Source: Blepharisma stoltei ATCC 30299 (taxonomy: Eukaryota > Protista > Ciliophora). Taken from it: DNA of 64,000 nucleotides. Positions 34,361 to 46,354 of this stretch are shown piece after piece; within the stretch, counting starts at the first letter, position 1, and the number at the start of each line of letters is the position of its first letter. The translations under genes were made by a program, and so were the position numbers. The notes under the pieces were generated by a model. The model saw only the letters and a list, made by a program, of their open reading frames with translations. It did no database searches and was not told the DNA's origin. The stretch lies in NCBI GenBank assembly GCA_965603825.1, contig CBFDEM010000002.1:1-64000 (forward strand), given 5' to 3'.

Positions 34361-35566
34361 TTATGCTTTATATCTTATATGATTTCGATACAAATCTTTT
34401 ATAGGTGGCATTTCTTTAAGCTTATTTCTCAGTTTAAAAACATCAGCAAAGCAAGCTGAATATTCAGGACCTTGTGGGGAAATCTCAATTGGCTTTCTTT
34501 GTAGTGGGTTACCTGTTTTAAGCTTCCTTTCTCTTCTTTTTATTAATTTTTGCATTTCTTGTTGTTGCTGCAAATTCTTTTTTTCATCACAGTGCTGTCT
34601 TAATATTTTAATAAAATTAGGTGGCCCCTCGCTATAGCTTTCTCCTTTATGTGGAGTCATATGCCGCACTTTAAAAGGGATTTGTTTGGTACTGCTATCG
34701 ATTTGTTCTGAAACCAAAGGACTCAGCCTTACACAATTGAATTTTTTCATCTGACTTTCATCTAAAATTGATTTTTTCAAAGGTGGGTCACTTAAATGCA
34801 GTTCAACGCGCTCTACAAGGGCAATATCGGAAATATCTAATTTGGCCTTTACTTCAGGGACTTCTTCTTCTATTATAAATACAGGTTTGCTTGGCTGGAG
34901 TCTTGAAAACAACTCTTTAGCGAACTCTTTTCCACCTTGATAGCTTTCCATTTGTTCCTCAATCATTTTTGGCAGGTTTCCTTTTTTATCAAGCTTATGT
35001 GGCTTATTTCTTACAGAATAGCTCATAAAATAGTCACCCAAAATCTTTTTTGTTGTGACTTTCACGAAGGTATCAGTTACTACCATTCCTAAGAGCTGGC
35101 TATAAATAAGCTTATAGCAGTCTAAAATAAACCTAAAATCCATCAGTGGCCTTGTATATTTAAAGTTATCTCACAGTTCATGATGGATAGCATGGCCGAT
35201 TATAACTGGCAGCACATCCATGCATTCGTCAATTTTAAATTGGATGTTGTAAAGCATGAGCTTCAGATAAGTTTTGGAAAGCTGCTCTTTGACCTGATTT
35301 TGGAGCTCTTTTGTAGTGGAATTATGGTATTTTGTATAAAAAACGAGCCAGAATAGGTGATGGTAAAGATCGATTATGAGATCTAGTTTTAAGAATGATT
35401 TCAGTTGCTGCTTTAATAAGGGCTGCACCTTGAGGACACGAAGTGGAGGGAAATAATCACGCGGCTTGATTTCTAGAGGGTAAGGGCTTTCTAAGGTAGG
35501 CTGCACATCTTCAATTAGTAGCTGCTCTTCACTATCTGAAGAAGAGATGTCTGAGCCCGAACTCAT
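34361..35566 (-). CDS. FAM227-like (FWWh domain) protein (401 aa)
   Basis: Two ORF pieces joined by TGA. LFWLVF..QNQVKEQLSKTYLKL..DVLPVIIGHAI resembles the FWWh domain. Confidence 0.6.
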
Positions 35567-35718
35567 ATTGTTTAAATTAACTTAAATGAATTTCGTTTAA
35601 TTTTTTTGGTTTTATAATCCAAGAGGTAAATATCAATTCAAGCTTAGTAAAAGGATTTATTTATGCATTTTTTTAATTTTAGATAAATTTTATTAAGCTT
35701 ATCCCCCTGCGATAATAA

Positions 35719-36423
35719 ATGGCTGATACACTTGATGGCGAAGAAAGGGTAAAAAATATAACTCTTAGACTAAGACGAATAAGAGAAGAGCTCATTCCTC
35801 TATTCCATGGAGAAATTTTTAGATCAAAAGAAGTTCCAGAGCATATAAAAGAAGAAATCGCAGAAATTTATACTTTGTATGGAGGAGCTTCAATCTTAAT
35901 GGAAATCTGCAACGTTACTTATGATCAAATGAAAGCTTGAAAAAACAAACTGAAAAGAAATCCAAACTATTTCAAAGAAAAAATGCTTAAAAAATCAAAT
36001 TGCACTAATTTTTCAGAAGCAGTCCTTGAAAAAGCAGGTCTAGAATATGAACTACCATTAAAAAGAGTTTTTTCAATGAATGAGACCAAAATAAGCAAAA
36101 AATATAAAAATATGCCAATCAGCCTTAGTGATCTCAGAAAAGTTTTGCCTGAAAAAATCCAAGAAAAATGCGATGAAATAAAAAAAATGATAAAAAGGAC
36201 AGATGATTGTAAAGGTTTCAAGAGGGATGTGAAAGCAGAAATCATAAAAGTTGTTTTACAATATGGAGAAGTGAAACCTATAGCTTTATATCTTGGAATC
36301 AAAGAAAAAACTATTCTTGGATGAAGGGAATTTATACCGAATGGGGTAAGTAAATATCAATATGAAGATGAATCCGGTCGGTTTTTAAATAAAACTTCGA
36401 ATATTAATGATAATTTTCTGTAG
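35719..36423 (+). CDS. Small protein with two transposase-type HTH-like motifs (234 aa)
   Basis: Open through two TGA to TAG. Motifs IKEEIAEIY..ILMEICNVTYDQMKAW and FKRDVKAEIIKVV..KPIALYLGIKEKTILGW. Confidence 0.65.
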
Positions 36424-36841
36424 CTGCATTTATGCCACAGAGATAAAATAATAAAATGGAATTAAATATATCATATTGTATTTTTGCTGCATATTTTTGA
36501 ATTAGTAAGTAAGAATTTTAAATTGAATTAGCTTTTTGAACGATATAACAAAATTGGATAAAATTATTAATATTCTCAATATCAATAGTCAATTAAAAAA
36601 GCCCAAATGCTAAGCTAGCATTTTTCTATATTCCCATCAAATTAAATTTAATTAAAATAGATCTTTACCTTTCTCTTTGGATAAATATCCCACAAAAATA
36701 TTAAATTTCCCTTATATGCGCATTCTCTCTAAAAATAGCCTAATTTTTTACAAGCCGGCCAATTTATTAAAATGGCCAATATAATAGTGATCTTAAAACT
36801 GTGCCATTCCTGTAATTTTACTCACCAGTTTATTAATAAAT

Positions 36842-38644
36842 ATGCTTGACTCCCTCGACCGTCGAAATACCGTCGCAATCGCCGAAGACGAACACTTTTT
36901 AAAATTCAAACGTCGAAACACCTTATCAAGTATCTTAAAAGACGCCGAATACGAAAAATCTTTAAATCAAGTCGATAGCAAAAATTTATTTAAACTAACA
37001 AGACTGATTCTTGCTTTAAAGCCCTATGAGCGTACCCCTGAAATGATAGAAAAGGTTCACCAGTGCACCCTAAATCTAAAATTTTTTCAAAAAATTCGAG
37101 AGGAGCATTCCGAAGATATTCACGTGGCATGCTGCAAATATCTTCAGCACGAGTTTCATCCTGCCCATTCTCTAGTGATCAGGCAAGGCGAAACGGGCAC
37201 GAAGTTTTATATTATTTTAGAAGGAAAAGTTAGTGTAATAAGGGAAAACGAAGATGGAAGCTCTTCTATTGTGGCGGAACTGAGCTCAGGTGACTCTTTC
37301 GGTGAAAGAGCCTTAATGCTTGGAGTTCCTCGGGCCTGCAGTATACGATGTATTACCAATTGCAGCCTAGGAGTGTTAGAGATCAGTGAATATAAAAAAA
37401 TTTTGGAATCGCTGATGGAGGAAAAATATAATGCACTTATTGAGATGCTCAGGGAGCTCCCTATGTTCAAAAATCGGTCTAGCCATTACTTACAAAGGCT
37501 GACTTATTATTTTAAGCCAAGAAAATGCCATAAAAAGCAATGCATTTACAAAGAAGGCGACCCAGCAAACGAAGTATTTTTGATACAAAAAGGAGAATTT
37601 AATTTGTCAAAAAAATTAACTATCCCTATACAGTCACCGAGAGGGTTCCCTAAGAACTCAAATTTAAAGTCAAAATCAATTTCAAGGGATGCACCGATTG
37701 TAGTCCTTGGAAAGGGGTCTATGTTTGGGGAAGAAGAAATTTTGTCAGGGATTGATCAAAGAACGACCTCTTGTATTTGTATGTCGAGAGAAGGGTGTGT
37801 ATTAGTGATCAGCAAAGAAAGTTTTCAAAAAAATATTTTAAAGAGTGAAGAAGCTGTTGATTTTATGAAAAAAAGAACTGAAAATAAGCTCGCGTCACGA
37901 CAGACTATAATAGAGCAAAATGTGCACTTACAGAAATTAAAATCTGGGATTATTCCGTTGAAAATTGAAGAAGAGCTTCCGACGCTTTCACCGCTTCCTC
38001 CTATAAAGCAGCTTCAAGGGGCACTAACACCAATTTTGACCAAAACACAAACTTTAAAAGTCCCGGGTTCCTCAAGAGAGCCAGCTTCAGTTTCTCCATT
38101 TCCTGACCTCTCTCCATTTGATAGCCAATCTCCGACTTTAGCTCACTCCAAAACTCTTGACGCAAAAGCATTAACAAGCACTTTTCTCACCCCTAGAAAA
38201 CCCCTCCACCTTGAAATTCCCCCTCCTTCCTCCATTTTTTCTCCCTCTGAAGTACCGCTTACACCTACTTTAAGCACAGAGCCAGCACATCACATAAGAG
38301 ACTTTTCAAGTCCTCCCCCTTTAAAGCTTGAAGATTCTGACTCTTCTCCAACTATTAAGCATTTATCAAGAAAATCAATTATGATTCCTTTAGGGACTAT
38401 GGACTATTTAAATAGTCCTAAAAAGAAATTTGAAAAAAATTTAAAAATTAAAAAAATCGTGAATATTCATACGTATATGATGAAGTCGAACAGTCCAAGA
38501 AAAGAGTCGAATAAGCTTATAAGAACTGAGAGAAAGAGATTTACAGCTTCACCGATTTTATTGGAATTAAAAAAAGAGCCTGAGTGTGAGCAGCCGAAGA
38601 GAATTGAGAGAAGAAAAACAGCAAGAAAAACTGCTGTGCTTTAA
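36842..38644 (+). CDS. Tandem cyclic-nucleotide-binding domain protein (600 aa)
   Basis: IRQGETGTKFYIILEG..GDSFGERAL..PRACSI, and a second IYKEGD..GSMFGEEE..RTTS; Pro/Ser-rich tail. Confidence 0.88.
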   Translation: MLDSLDRRNTVAIAEDEHFLKFKRRNTLSSILKDAEYEKSLNQVDSKNLFKLTRLILALKPYERTPEMIEKVHQCTLNLKFFQKIREEHSEDIHVACCKYLQHEFHPAHSLVIRQGETGTKFYIILEGKVSVIRENEDGSSSIVAELSSGDSFGERALMLGVPRACSIRCITNCSLGVLEISEYKKILESLMEEKYNALIEMLRELPMFKNRSSHYLQRLTYYFKPRKCHKKQCIYKEGDPANEVFLIQKGEFNLSKKLTIPIQSPRGFPKNSNLKSKSISRDAPIVVLGKGSMFGEEEILSGIDQRTTSCICMSREGCVLVISKESFQKNILKSEEAVDFMKKRTENKLASRQTIIEQNVHLQKLKSGIIPLKIEEELPTLSPLPPIKQLQGALTPILTKTQTLKVPGSSREPASVSPFPDLSPFDSQSPTLAHSKTLDAKALTSTFLTPRKPLHLEIPPPSSIFSPSEVPLTPTLSTEPAHHIRDFSSPPPLKLEDSDSSPTIKHLSRKSIMIPLGTMDYLNSPKKKFEKNLKIKKIVNIHTYMMKSNSPRKESNKLIRTERKRFTASPILLELKKEPECEQPKRIERRKTARKTAVL

Positions 38645-38944
38645 TAAAATAGTTAAAGTTTTGATTTTATTTATATAAAAATGATAATTTTTGCTTAATA
38701 TATATTTATGTAGATATTTTCTTATCTTTTAGAGAAAAATTTCTGAGCAGTACAATTATTTAATAATAGTGATTTGAGTTATAAAATATACAAAAGTCTA
38801 TTGAGCTTAAATGTAGAATAAAGTTTGTTTTAAATAAATTTAAGACTTATATTTTTAAAGCCTAAACCAATTCCAATATTTTAGAATCATCTTATAATAA
38901 TGTCCATATCCTGCCATTTCTAAAAAAAATATTAATAAAATTGA

Positions 38945-40945
38945 ATGTATTTACTCCCTATCAGAATTTCAAGACTATTCAAGCAGTACATCAGGCCACC
39001 AAAATCCACGACTTCTCCCCTTACAGAGAAAGACTTTTCTTTATATCGAGTCTTATTTGCAGCATATGGCATATACTCAATATATCACTACAGAAAAAAA
39101 ATATCAGAAAGTTGTGGAATAATTGGCTATGTCGGTTCTGATCCTAAAGCTATCGATGTATTGCTGCATGGCCTTACAGAAATTCAAAACCGAGGCTATG
39201 ACTCTGCGGGGGTTGCAACTTACCATGATGGAGAAGTCTTGGTCACAAAATTTGCAAGTGATAAGCTAAAAATTTCTGATTCAATAGAAAAAATTAAGCA
39301 AAATGCAGATAAACACACAAATAGCTGCTTAGGAATTGGCCATACACGTTGGGCTACCCATGGAGGAGTAAACGATGAAAATGCTCATCCTCATTCTGAC
39401 CATAAAAACAGGATTTTTGTGGCCCACAATGGAACCATTACAAATACTCACGAAATCCGATCAATCCTTGCACAGTGTAAAATCCCAATAAAAAGTGAAA
39501 CAGACACCGAACTTATAGCTTTACTCATCGGGATGTATCTAGATGAAGGACATTCGTTGAAAAATTCAATAAAATTGGCCCTTCAAAGGCTGGACGGAAC
39601 TTGGGGACTTGCAATTTTAAGTAAAGATGAGCCAAATCAAATAATAGTAGCAAGAAAAGGTAGCCCTATGCTTGTAGGGATAGGAGAAAATGAACTATAT
39701 GTAGGAAGCGAGCAGGCAGCTTTTAGCAAATTCACTAAAAAATATATGGCCTTAGAAGAAGACGAAATTTGGGCTTTGGATCCTAAAAAAATGGAAATCG
39801 AAAAAAATCGCATCGAGCAGATCGATAACCAAGGCGAAGTAAGCCTAGGCTGTCACACACATTGGACTATCAAAGAAATCGAAGAGCAGCCAGAATCTGT
39901 AGCAAGAGCTATGAACTTCGGTGCAAGATTAATTCGTGACGGAGCAAAACTTGGCGGATTAGAAGAAATCAAAGAAAAACTGCTGGAAATAAAAAATTTG
40001 GCCATAATCGGATGTGGGACTTCTTATCATGCTGCAATGTTCGGGGCTCATTTGTTTAAAAGTTTAGAAATCTTGAATTCTGTGCAAGCCCTTGATGCGT
40101 CAGAAACAACTTTATTAGATATTCCAAAAGAAAACCCAGGGGTGATTGCGATTTCTCAGTCAGGTGAAACTAGAGATTTAATTGAGCCTGTTTCAGAAAT
40201 AGTAAAAAATGGAATTACCGCTATTTCTATCGTCAATGTAGTCGGATCTCAGCTTGCAAGACTAACAAAACATGGAGTTTACATGAACTCAGGCCGAGAA
40301 ATCGGTGTCGCCTCCACCAAAAGCTTTATGAACTCTTGTGTCGTTTTAACTGAGATCGCTTTATGGCTCTCTGCCCATCTCAAACCTGAGGATTCAGAAA
40401 AGCGAAAAAGTCTCGTCAACCACCTCCTCAAGCTTCCTTTACAAATTGGCTCAGTGATTGCTCAAAACAAAGAAGTCATCAAAGAAATTGCATCAGAAAT
40501 AATAAATGAAGAACACATGTTTGTCCTCGGAAGAGGCTTAGCTGAGTCTATCGCTAAGGAAGGGGCATTGAAAATCAAAGAAATCACAAGAGTCCACGCA
40601 GAAGGATACCCTGGAGGGGCACTAAAACATGGACCTTTTGCCTTGATAAATGATGGGACACCGATTATCTTGATAATATTGAATGATGATTATAAAGATC
40701 TTATGAACTTAGCACTGGCAGAAGTCACTGGAAGAGGAGCGAAGACAATTGTGATTACGTCGGATCCAGCACTTATAACAACTGCAAAGCCACCAAATAA
40801 AATTATTAAAATTGAAGAAGCAGGGCCGCTTACTGCGTTGCTTTCAGCAATCCCAATGCAAATGCTGGCTTATTATTTGAGCATTATGAAGGGGCTTGAT
40901 CCTGATCATCCTAGAGGATTGGCAAAGGTTGTAACAGTTAGATAA
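38945..40945 (+). CDS. glmS: Glutamine:fructose-6-phosphate aminotransferase (GFAT) with 56-aa N-terminal extension
   Basis: CGIIGY, NRGYDSAG, GIGHTRWATHG, NAHPH, HNG, ETDTE, SQSGET, VASTK, EGALKIKE, KHGP and PRGLAKVVTV. Confidence 0.96.
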   Translation: MYLLPIRISRLFKQYIRPPKSTTSPLTEKDFSLYRVLFAAYGIYSIYHYRKKISESCGIIGYVGSDPKAIDVLLHGLTEIQNRGYDSAGVATYHDGEVLVTKFASDKLKISDSIEKIKQNADKHTNSCLGIGHTRWATHGGVNDENAHPHSDHKNRIFVAHNGTITNTHEIRSILAQCKIPIKSETDTELIALLIGMYLDEGHSLKNSIKLALQRLDGTWGLAILSKDEPNQIIVARKGSPMLVGIGENELYVGSEQAAFSKFTKKYMALEEDEIWALDPKKMEIEKNRIEQIDNQGEVSLGCHTHWTIKEIEEQPESVARAMNFGARLIRDGAKLGGLEEIKEKLLEIKNLAIIGCGTSYHAAMFGAHLFKSLEILNSVQALDASETTLLDIPKENPGVIAISQSGETRDLIEPVSEIVKNGITAISIVNVVGSQLARLTKHGVYMNSGREIGVASTKSFMNSCVVLTEIALWLSAHLKPEDSEKRKSLVNHLLKLPLQIGSVIAQNKEVIKEIASEIINEEHMFVLGRGLAESIAKEGALKIKEITRVHAEGYPGGALKHGPFALINDGTPIILIILNDDYKDLMNLALAEVTGRGAKTIVITSDPALITTAKPPNKIIKIEEAGPLTALLSAIPMQMLAYYLSIMKGLDPDHPRGLAKVVTVR

Positions 40946-41110
40946 CTTTCCAGTTAATTTAATTGTAATTCCGTATATAAAACACTAATATTTGAGAGCA
41001 ATATCCATGTAAAAATAGATATAATATTGGCTTAATTTAATATATTAAACTATTTCAGTTTAAAGTTATATAAAATATAACTATGCCATCATTTATTTCA
41101 AGATTATTAA

Positions 41111-43795
41111 ATGCGGCCAAACAAAGAAAAAGTTGACGAACAATTGGTCTCGCTCAGAACAAAGTACTTAAATAATCAAAAAATCCTAAAATCGTTGCAA
41201 GAAACTTATATAAAATGATCAGATGACCTATTAAGAGTTGACGAAAAAATCGCGAGACTTGAAACTGGGATTCAGCAAGACATGATCGAAGTACGGAAAA
41301 ATGACAAAAAAATAACTAAGCTTAAAGAAGATATAGAAGAAAGAAAAACAATAAACCTTCCTGAGAAAAATCAAATCAGAGATCTTAGTGGCTTAGTTAA
41401 AGCTTCTAAAAGCATCTTTTCATCATCAGCATTTGCAAAAGAAGACCGTCTAAGCGCTAAACGCAATATCTCGCTATTAGGAAAGCCAGGAGAAATTCTA
41501 TTAGAAATTGCTAATATTTCAGAAAAAGTAGTAAATTTGAAGAAAAACATTGTTGACCTTAAAAGAGCCCAAATTGAGCTAAGTGAAGTAGACGGCGCCG
41601 TCAAAAAAATAAAAGAGCTTGACTATTTACGGTCAGAAAAAGAAAAATTCCAAGAAAAAACAGTCCTTGTTAAGTTCACTAATTTATTAGGAGAAGAAGA
41701 TTCCTGCTATTTCCCTATCGTCAACAATGATGGATACCAAATTACTTTTTCTGAGCTTCTCAACAATGCAAGCAGATACTGAAATTTGTTCGGCCAAGGC
41801 TGCGTTTTGGTAGATAAAGAATATACAGTGTGGCCTGGAACAGCTATTGTAGAAGATGAGGCTAAAAATTCTAATAGAGAAATCTGAATTATGACAAAAG
41901 AAGAAGCACACTATTATAAGGTAAAAGGAAATATTGAAGAAGGCAAAGAACGAATCCCTGATGAAGCTGAAAGTGAAAGCGAAGCCGACAATGAAGAAGA
42001 CAAAGTTCACTACGACGAAGATTGAGAAACCAAACTTAAAGAAAAAGAAGAGGCTTTAAAAGCAGATAAAGAGAGAAACATGGGCTTATTGAGAATAGAG
42101 AGATTAAGGCATATGAATGTGCTAAACTTGCTGGTTTATATGCTGTTTATTGTATTGTTTACATGAAATATCAACGAATGGAAAAACACAACAACGTTTT
42201 ATTATACTAGGCTTGGAATTATTAATTTCCTGCTGATGTACCCTTTTCCAGTTAACTCTTCAAATTTTATGACTTTTAGTAGCATTCAGCTGCCAAGTGA
42301 TTTAGAGTCTTATTTGACTGGGACTTTTGTGAGTGGGATATGACAGGACACAAAATACAATAATGACCCAATGACTAAAAATGAGCTTAATTACGTCGCC
42401 TATGTGTATAAGCTAGTTGGCCCTATAAGAGTCGTTCAAAAACGGGTCAAAACTAATAGCTGCTCACACAGTATGTACAAAATAATAGGAAGAAGTGACA
42501 CAAGCTGCTATAGTGATTATTCTGACTCTGTGGAAGACACTTCTCCTATTGTCATAAATGACGCTTCCGTGAGTTCTGTAGATTCTTCATGATTAAAATA
42601 TACTCATGATAGTGGTGCTAGAACTGTGACTGGAGAAAGACTAAGCTACCAACTTGAAGGGTATATGGCTTATATTAGATCAAATCTCACTATGGATGAA
42701 GCCCAAAAAAATATCAGTTTTATTATTAGCGACTGAATTAACTATCAGACCCGATTATTAGCTTTCAATATTAATCTCTGCAACAACTTCGCTGATGTGT
42801 GCTCCTCAGTAGATTTACTGTTCGAATTCACAGCAAGTGGCTTAGTATTGCCGAAAGCTTATGTGTATGTTTATAGGGTATATGTGAATTGGACCTCTTC
42901 AGACATAGTAAGAAACGCTTTCGAAGGTGTTATAGGCATTATTATGCTTTATTTTATTATTGATCTAATATGAAGGGTTCGTAAAGAGGGCTGAAAACTC
43001 ACATTCTTGAGCTTTTGAACTGCAGTTAGGATTCTTCTCATTATTATGCTGATTATAAAAGTAACTTTGCTTATAGCTTACAGCCAGCGTGATGAGGTTT
43101 TGAATTTCCAATCAATAAATGACGAATTTGTAGACTATGAAAAATTGGGTTATTTTTTTAACACTACAAATAATTTTATTGGAGTGACCTCATTCGTAGC
43201 ATTTTTTTTTATATTAAGTTTTTTGCAGCAATCAAAAAGCATGAAAATTATATGGGGAACTTTAAGGGAGTCTCTTCGTAGGCTAGTCTTTTTCTTTTCA
43301 GTTTTTATTTTAATTATGACTGGATGGCTGCTTTTAGCGTATCGTGGATTTGGCCAATATTCAATCGAGTATAAAGATTATGGGACAACTCTTAATACAC
43401 TGCTACAGATGCTTTTTGGAAACATTGATTTTGATACAATTTGGCAAATTCAGCCAGTTTTTGCTTCAATTTTTTTCGTTTTATTTATTTTCTTGACATT
43501 TTTTGTAATGTTGAATATCTTTTTAGCAATTATCAACGAATCTTATGACACTTATTATAAGAAATTCAGTACTGATGATAAAAAGGATGAAATTTTGATT
43601 ATTTTTGGGCTGATTTTTAATGCAATTAAGTACGGGCTGTTCGTTTACCCATATAAGTTTGTGACTTGCCAGAAGTTAAAGAGAGAAAAATTACGGATGA
43701 ATGAAATAGATAACGACGCATACTCAGCAGCAGATAACTCAACCTCAAGAGATAACGTAAGCGAAAGATCAATTACAAGGAAATACTCTCTTTAA
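41111..43795 (+). CDS. Polycystin-2 (PKD2/TRPP)-like cation channel (894 aa)
   Basis: Single frame from ATG 41111 through 11 TGA. TOP-domain motifs LVGPIRVVQKRV..C, W(TGA)INYQTR and FEFTASG; FW(TGA) in S3; pore LLQMLFGNIDF; S6 FVMLNIFLAIINESY. Confidence 0.9.
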
Positions 43796-44127
43796 ACCCT
43801 TTTATTGAATTATTAATATTAATTTGTGAAGATGAATTCTGTAGATTGTTGATAGATATAAAAATTATTATGAAAAAATTATTCATGGTAATTGAATAAT
43901 TTAAAATGTTTATTGCGTAAGTGGCTAATATTTTTTTAATATTTTTCTGGGAATAAAACATAAATAATTGAACAAAAATCTGATGATTTAAATCGGCTGA
44001 AACTTGTAGGAAACTAAAGCGCGAATATTGAGCAATAAATAATAAAATAAATAACCTTACAATCAGACGTGTCATATATAAAGAAGCAAGCAGCGCTAGA
44101 AAGCCAATTGTTTCTCTCAACAGTAGC

Positions 44128-45141
44128 TTGAATCCAAGCCACAAAAGATCTACATCTGACCATCTTTCTCCTGTGAGAATCATCCCTCACGATTTGCCCA
44201 GAAATCAAATTAGCATCGAAAAAAGGAGGCCTATTTCAGACCAAATATCTCCAAGACGATGCATAGTCCGTGAGCCACTGAGATCTCAAATAACCAGTGT
44301 ACATAAACGAACAAACTCTAACCAATTTTCCCCTCGAAGGTCCATTTTGCATGAAGTTCCTCAACAAACTGATATTTCAATTGACCAAACTAGTAATGCA
44401 AGCAAGCTTCTAAAAGATGAAAAAATTGAGCCTAAAAGAGAAACTCATGAGAATTTTTTAGAAAAAGTTGAAAAAACAGAAAATTCTAAATTACCCCCAG
44501 CATTACCATTACTTCATATACGTAATAGCAGATTTCGATTTAAAAATCAACAAACTGTAAGTGAACAAGTCTCTCCAGTATCAAAGCTGGAAAATGAGCA
44601 TAATTTTGAACGAAGCAATGTAAGAAGACCTTCTATTCCATTTGATATGGGGATGATTATGAAGCAAAAGCAGCCGAAAGAAGATCATGTTTTCCCAATG
44701 AGATTTATAATTAACGAAGCTCCTAAAGAACAGTCATTTCGTGAGATTAACCAATTAAACAATATTTGCAAAAAATTAATCGAGGAGCAAAGAGAGCTGA
44801 AAAAGCAAATTCATGATCAAAAAAACCAAATTGACCAGCTTAAAAATGAAAAAGAAGTTATAGAAAATTTTAAGCCGCCAGTTTCTAATGATAATTTTAT
44901 CCAGACACATCGAATTCAACTTAAAGATCCTCATATTTTATCAGCTGAAATTGAACTTCAGCCTAAAAATGAAGAAGTCAGCTCTGGCTTCAAATTAGAT
45001 GAAGCTCTTTTTACATTTATGGATTCTGATGGCAAAAATATGGCAGAGACTTCACGCTTTGGAGCAGTTCCTGAACCGCCTAAGTCGAGCCGATTCCCTA
45101 GAGAAGTTTTTGTAAGAAGAGTTAAAAGGTCGAGAGGGTAA
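44128..45141 (+). CDS. Hypothetical low-complexity/coiled-coil protein, start uncertain
   Basis: 337-codon open frame with repeated SPRR motifs. The frame stays open upstream to ~43957, but I found no clear ATG. Confidence 0.55.
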   Translation: MNPSHKRSTSDHLSPVRIIPHDLPRNQISIEKRRPISDQISPRRCIVREPLRSQITSVHKRTNSNQFSPRRSILHEVPQQTDISIDQTSNASKLLKDEKIEPKRETHENFLEKVEKTENSKLPPALPLLHIRNSRFRFKNQQTVSEQVSPVSKLENEHNFERSNVRRPSIPFDMGMIMKQKQPKEDHVFPMRFIINEAPKEQSFREINQLNNICKKLIEEQRELKKQIHDQKNQIDQLKNEKEVIENFKPPVSNDNFIQTHRIQLKDPHILSAEIELQPKNEEVSSGFKLDEALFTFMDSDGKNMAETSRFGAVPEPPKSSRFPREVFVRRVKRSRG

Positions 45142-45252
45142 ATTGTTAATAATAAAATAAATCATTTATCTTTCTTAATTTAAGAAAATCCTGCCCCTTT
45201 GAGAGAGTTGTATTAAAATTGCTTATTTTTAATATTTTTAGATAAAATTTTT

Positions 45253-46014
45253 ATGGAAAACGAAGTGATAAATTCACTCTTAAGATGCGTTCGACAAATG
45301 TCTCCAGTGAGAGAAACTTATCCGCCTACAGAAAAATCATGGTTTGAAGGTCTGCGATTTAAATCTGCAGAGCCCAAATATTCCGATTATTATATTTTAA
45401 ACTCTCCACAAAGAAAATCACTTGTCCCGAAGCTAGAACTAGATCATTGAAACTTAAATACAGCTAAAAAACGATTATCTCCTGACTTTGCAAAATCCCC
45501 TCTTAAAACTCCAGAAACAGCAGAATCGTTCTACAGTGGCAAAGCATCTCCGTTTAAAGATTCTAAGTCTCCTCATTGCTCAAGCCCATCTCAGCTTCCA
45601 AGATATTCAGGAAGAGACACAAGCATTAGTGCAGCTGCATCCAAAAAAATTACTCAGGACAGCATGCAACAAATTTATATGAGTTTTGATGATGATTTTT
45701 CTCCCGAAAAAAGAAATTTTGAAAAAGAAATAAGATTGGAAGAAGAGCAAAATAAGCACATTAAAGAACTTCGTGATAATATTGAAAAATATGAGAAACT
45801 AAGGCATGAAGGAACTAGAAAGCAAGAAAATGTAAAATAAATGTAGAAAATTTGTGAAGTAAGTAAAGAGGGAAATGATAATTATGAAGGTCTGGTTGAA
45901 AAGATTAGCTTAATGAAGGAAGAAAGTCTTAGATTAAGAAAAGCAATTGGCATTTATAAGAATAAAGAAGGTGAATCTCTTAAGAGGATCAATCGAAAAA
46001 GTTCAATGATTTAA
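45253..46014 (+). CDS. Hypothetical protein with C-terminal coiled coil; intron 45832-45846
   Basis: Continuous through TGA 45448 and a 15-nt intron to TAA at 46012-46014. Confidence 0.7.
45832..45846 (+). other. 15-nt intron GTAAAATAAATGTAG
   Basis: GT..AG with A at -6 and in-frame stops; removal extends the ORF by 55 codons. Confidence 0.75.
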
Positions 46015-46354
46015 ATAGAACACTTAGTGTTCCATTTTTAATCAAAATAAAACAATTTTCATAATGATAGATCAGCAACTTCTAGTTATTGGTTTTTGCC
46101 ATTTAAAGCGTTATTAGCTGAAAAAAAAACCCCTTTTTCTCACTCTTAGAAGGGTAGAAATGAGCGCTTGCCTACTCACTTTTAGACAATTATATTTTAG
46201 GTTTATATTAAATTAATGGTCTTTATATTTCATAAATATTTTATATAATTTTACATATCAGCAAATCATAAGTAAAAATGATTGTTTTTGACTTTCCAGA
46301 ATTCTTTTATCCTTTACAAATATTTCCCTAATTCTAATTTTTTGATAATCTGGA

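Noticed and set aside
44006-44019. Possible 14-nt intron GTAGGAAACTAAAG
   Set aside because: The upstream frame hits TAA at 43961 with no ATG, and the length is atypical.
46057-46125. Possible C/D box snoRNA (ATGATAG...CTGA)
   Set aside because: Box C is non-canonical and I could not identify an rRNA guide.
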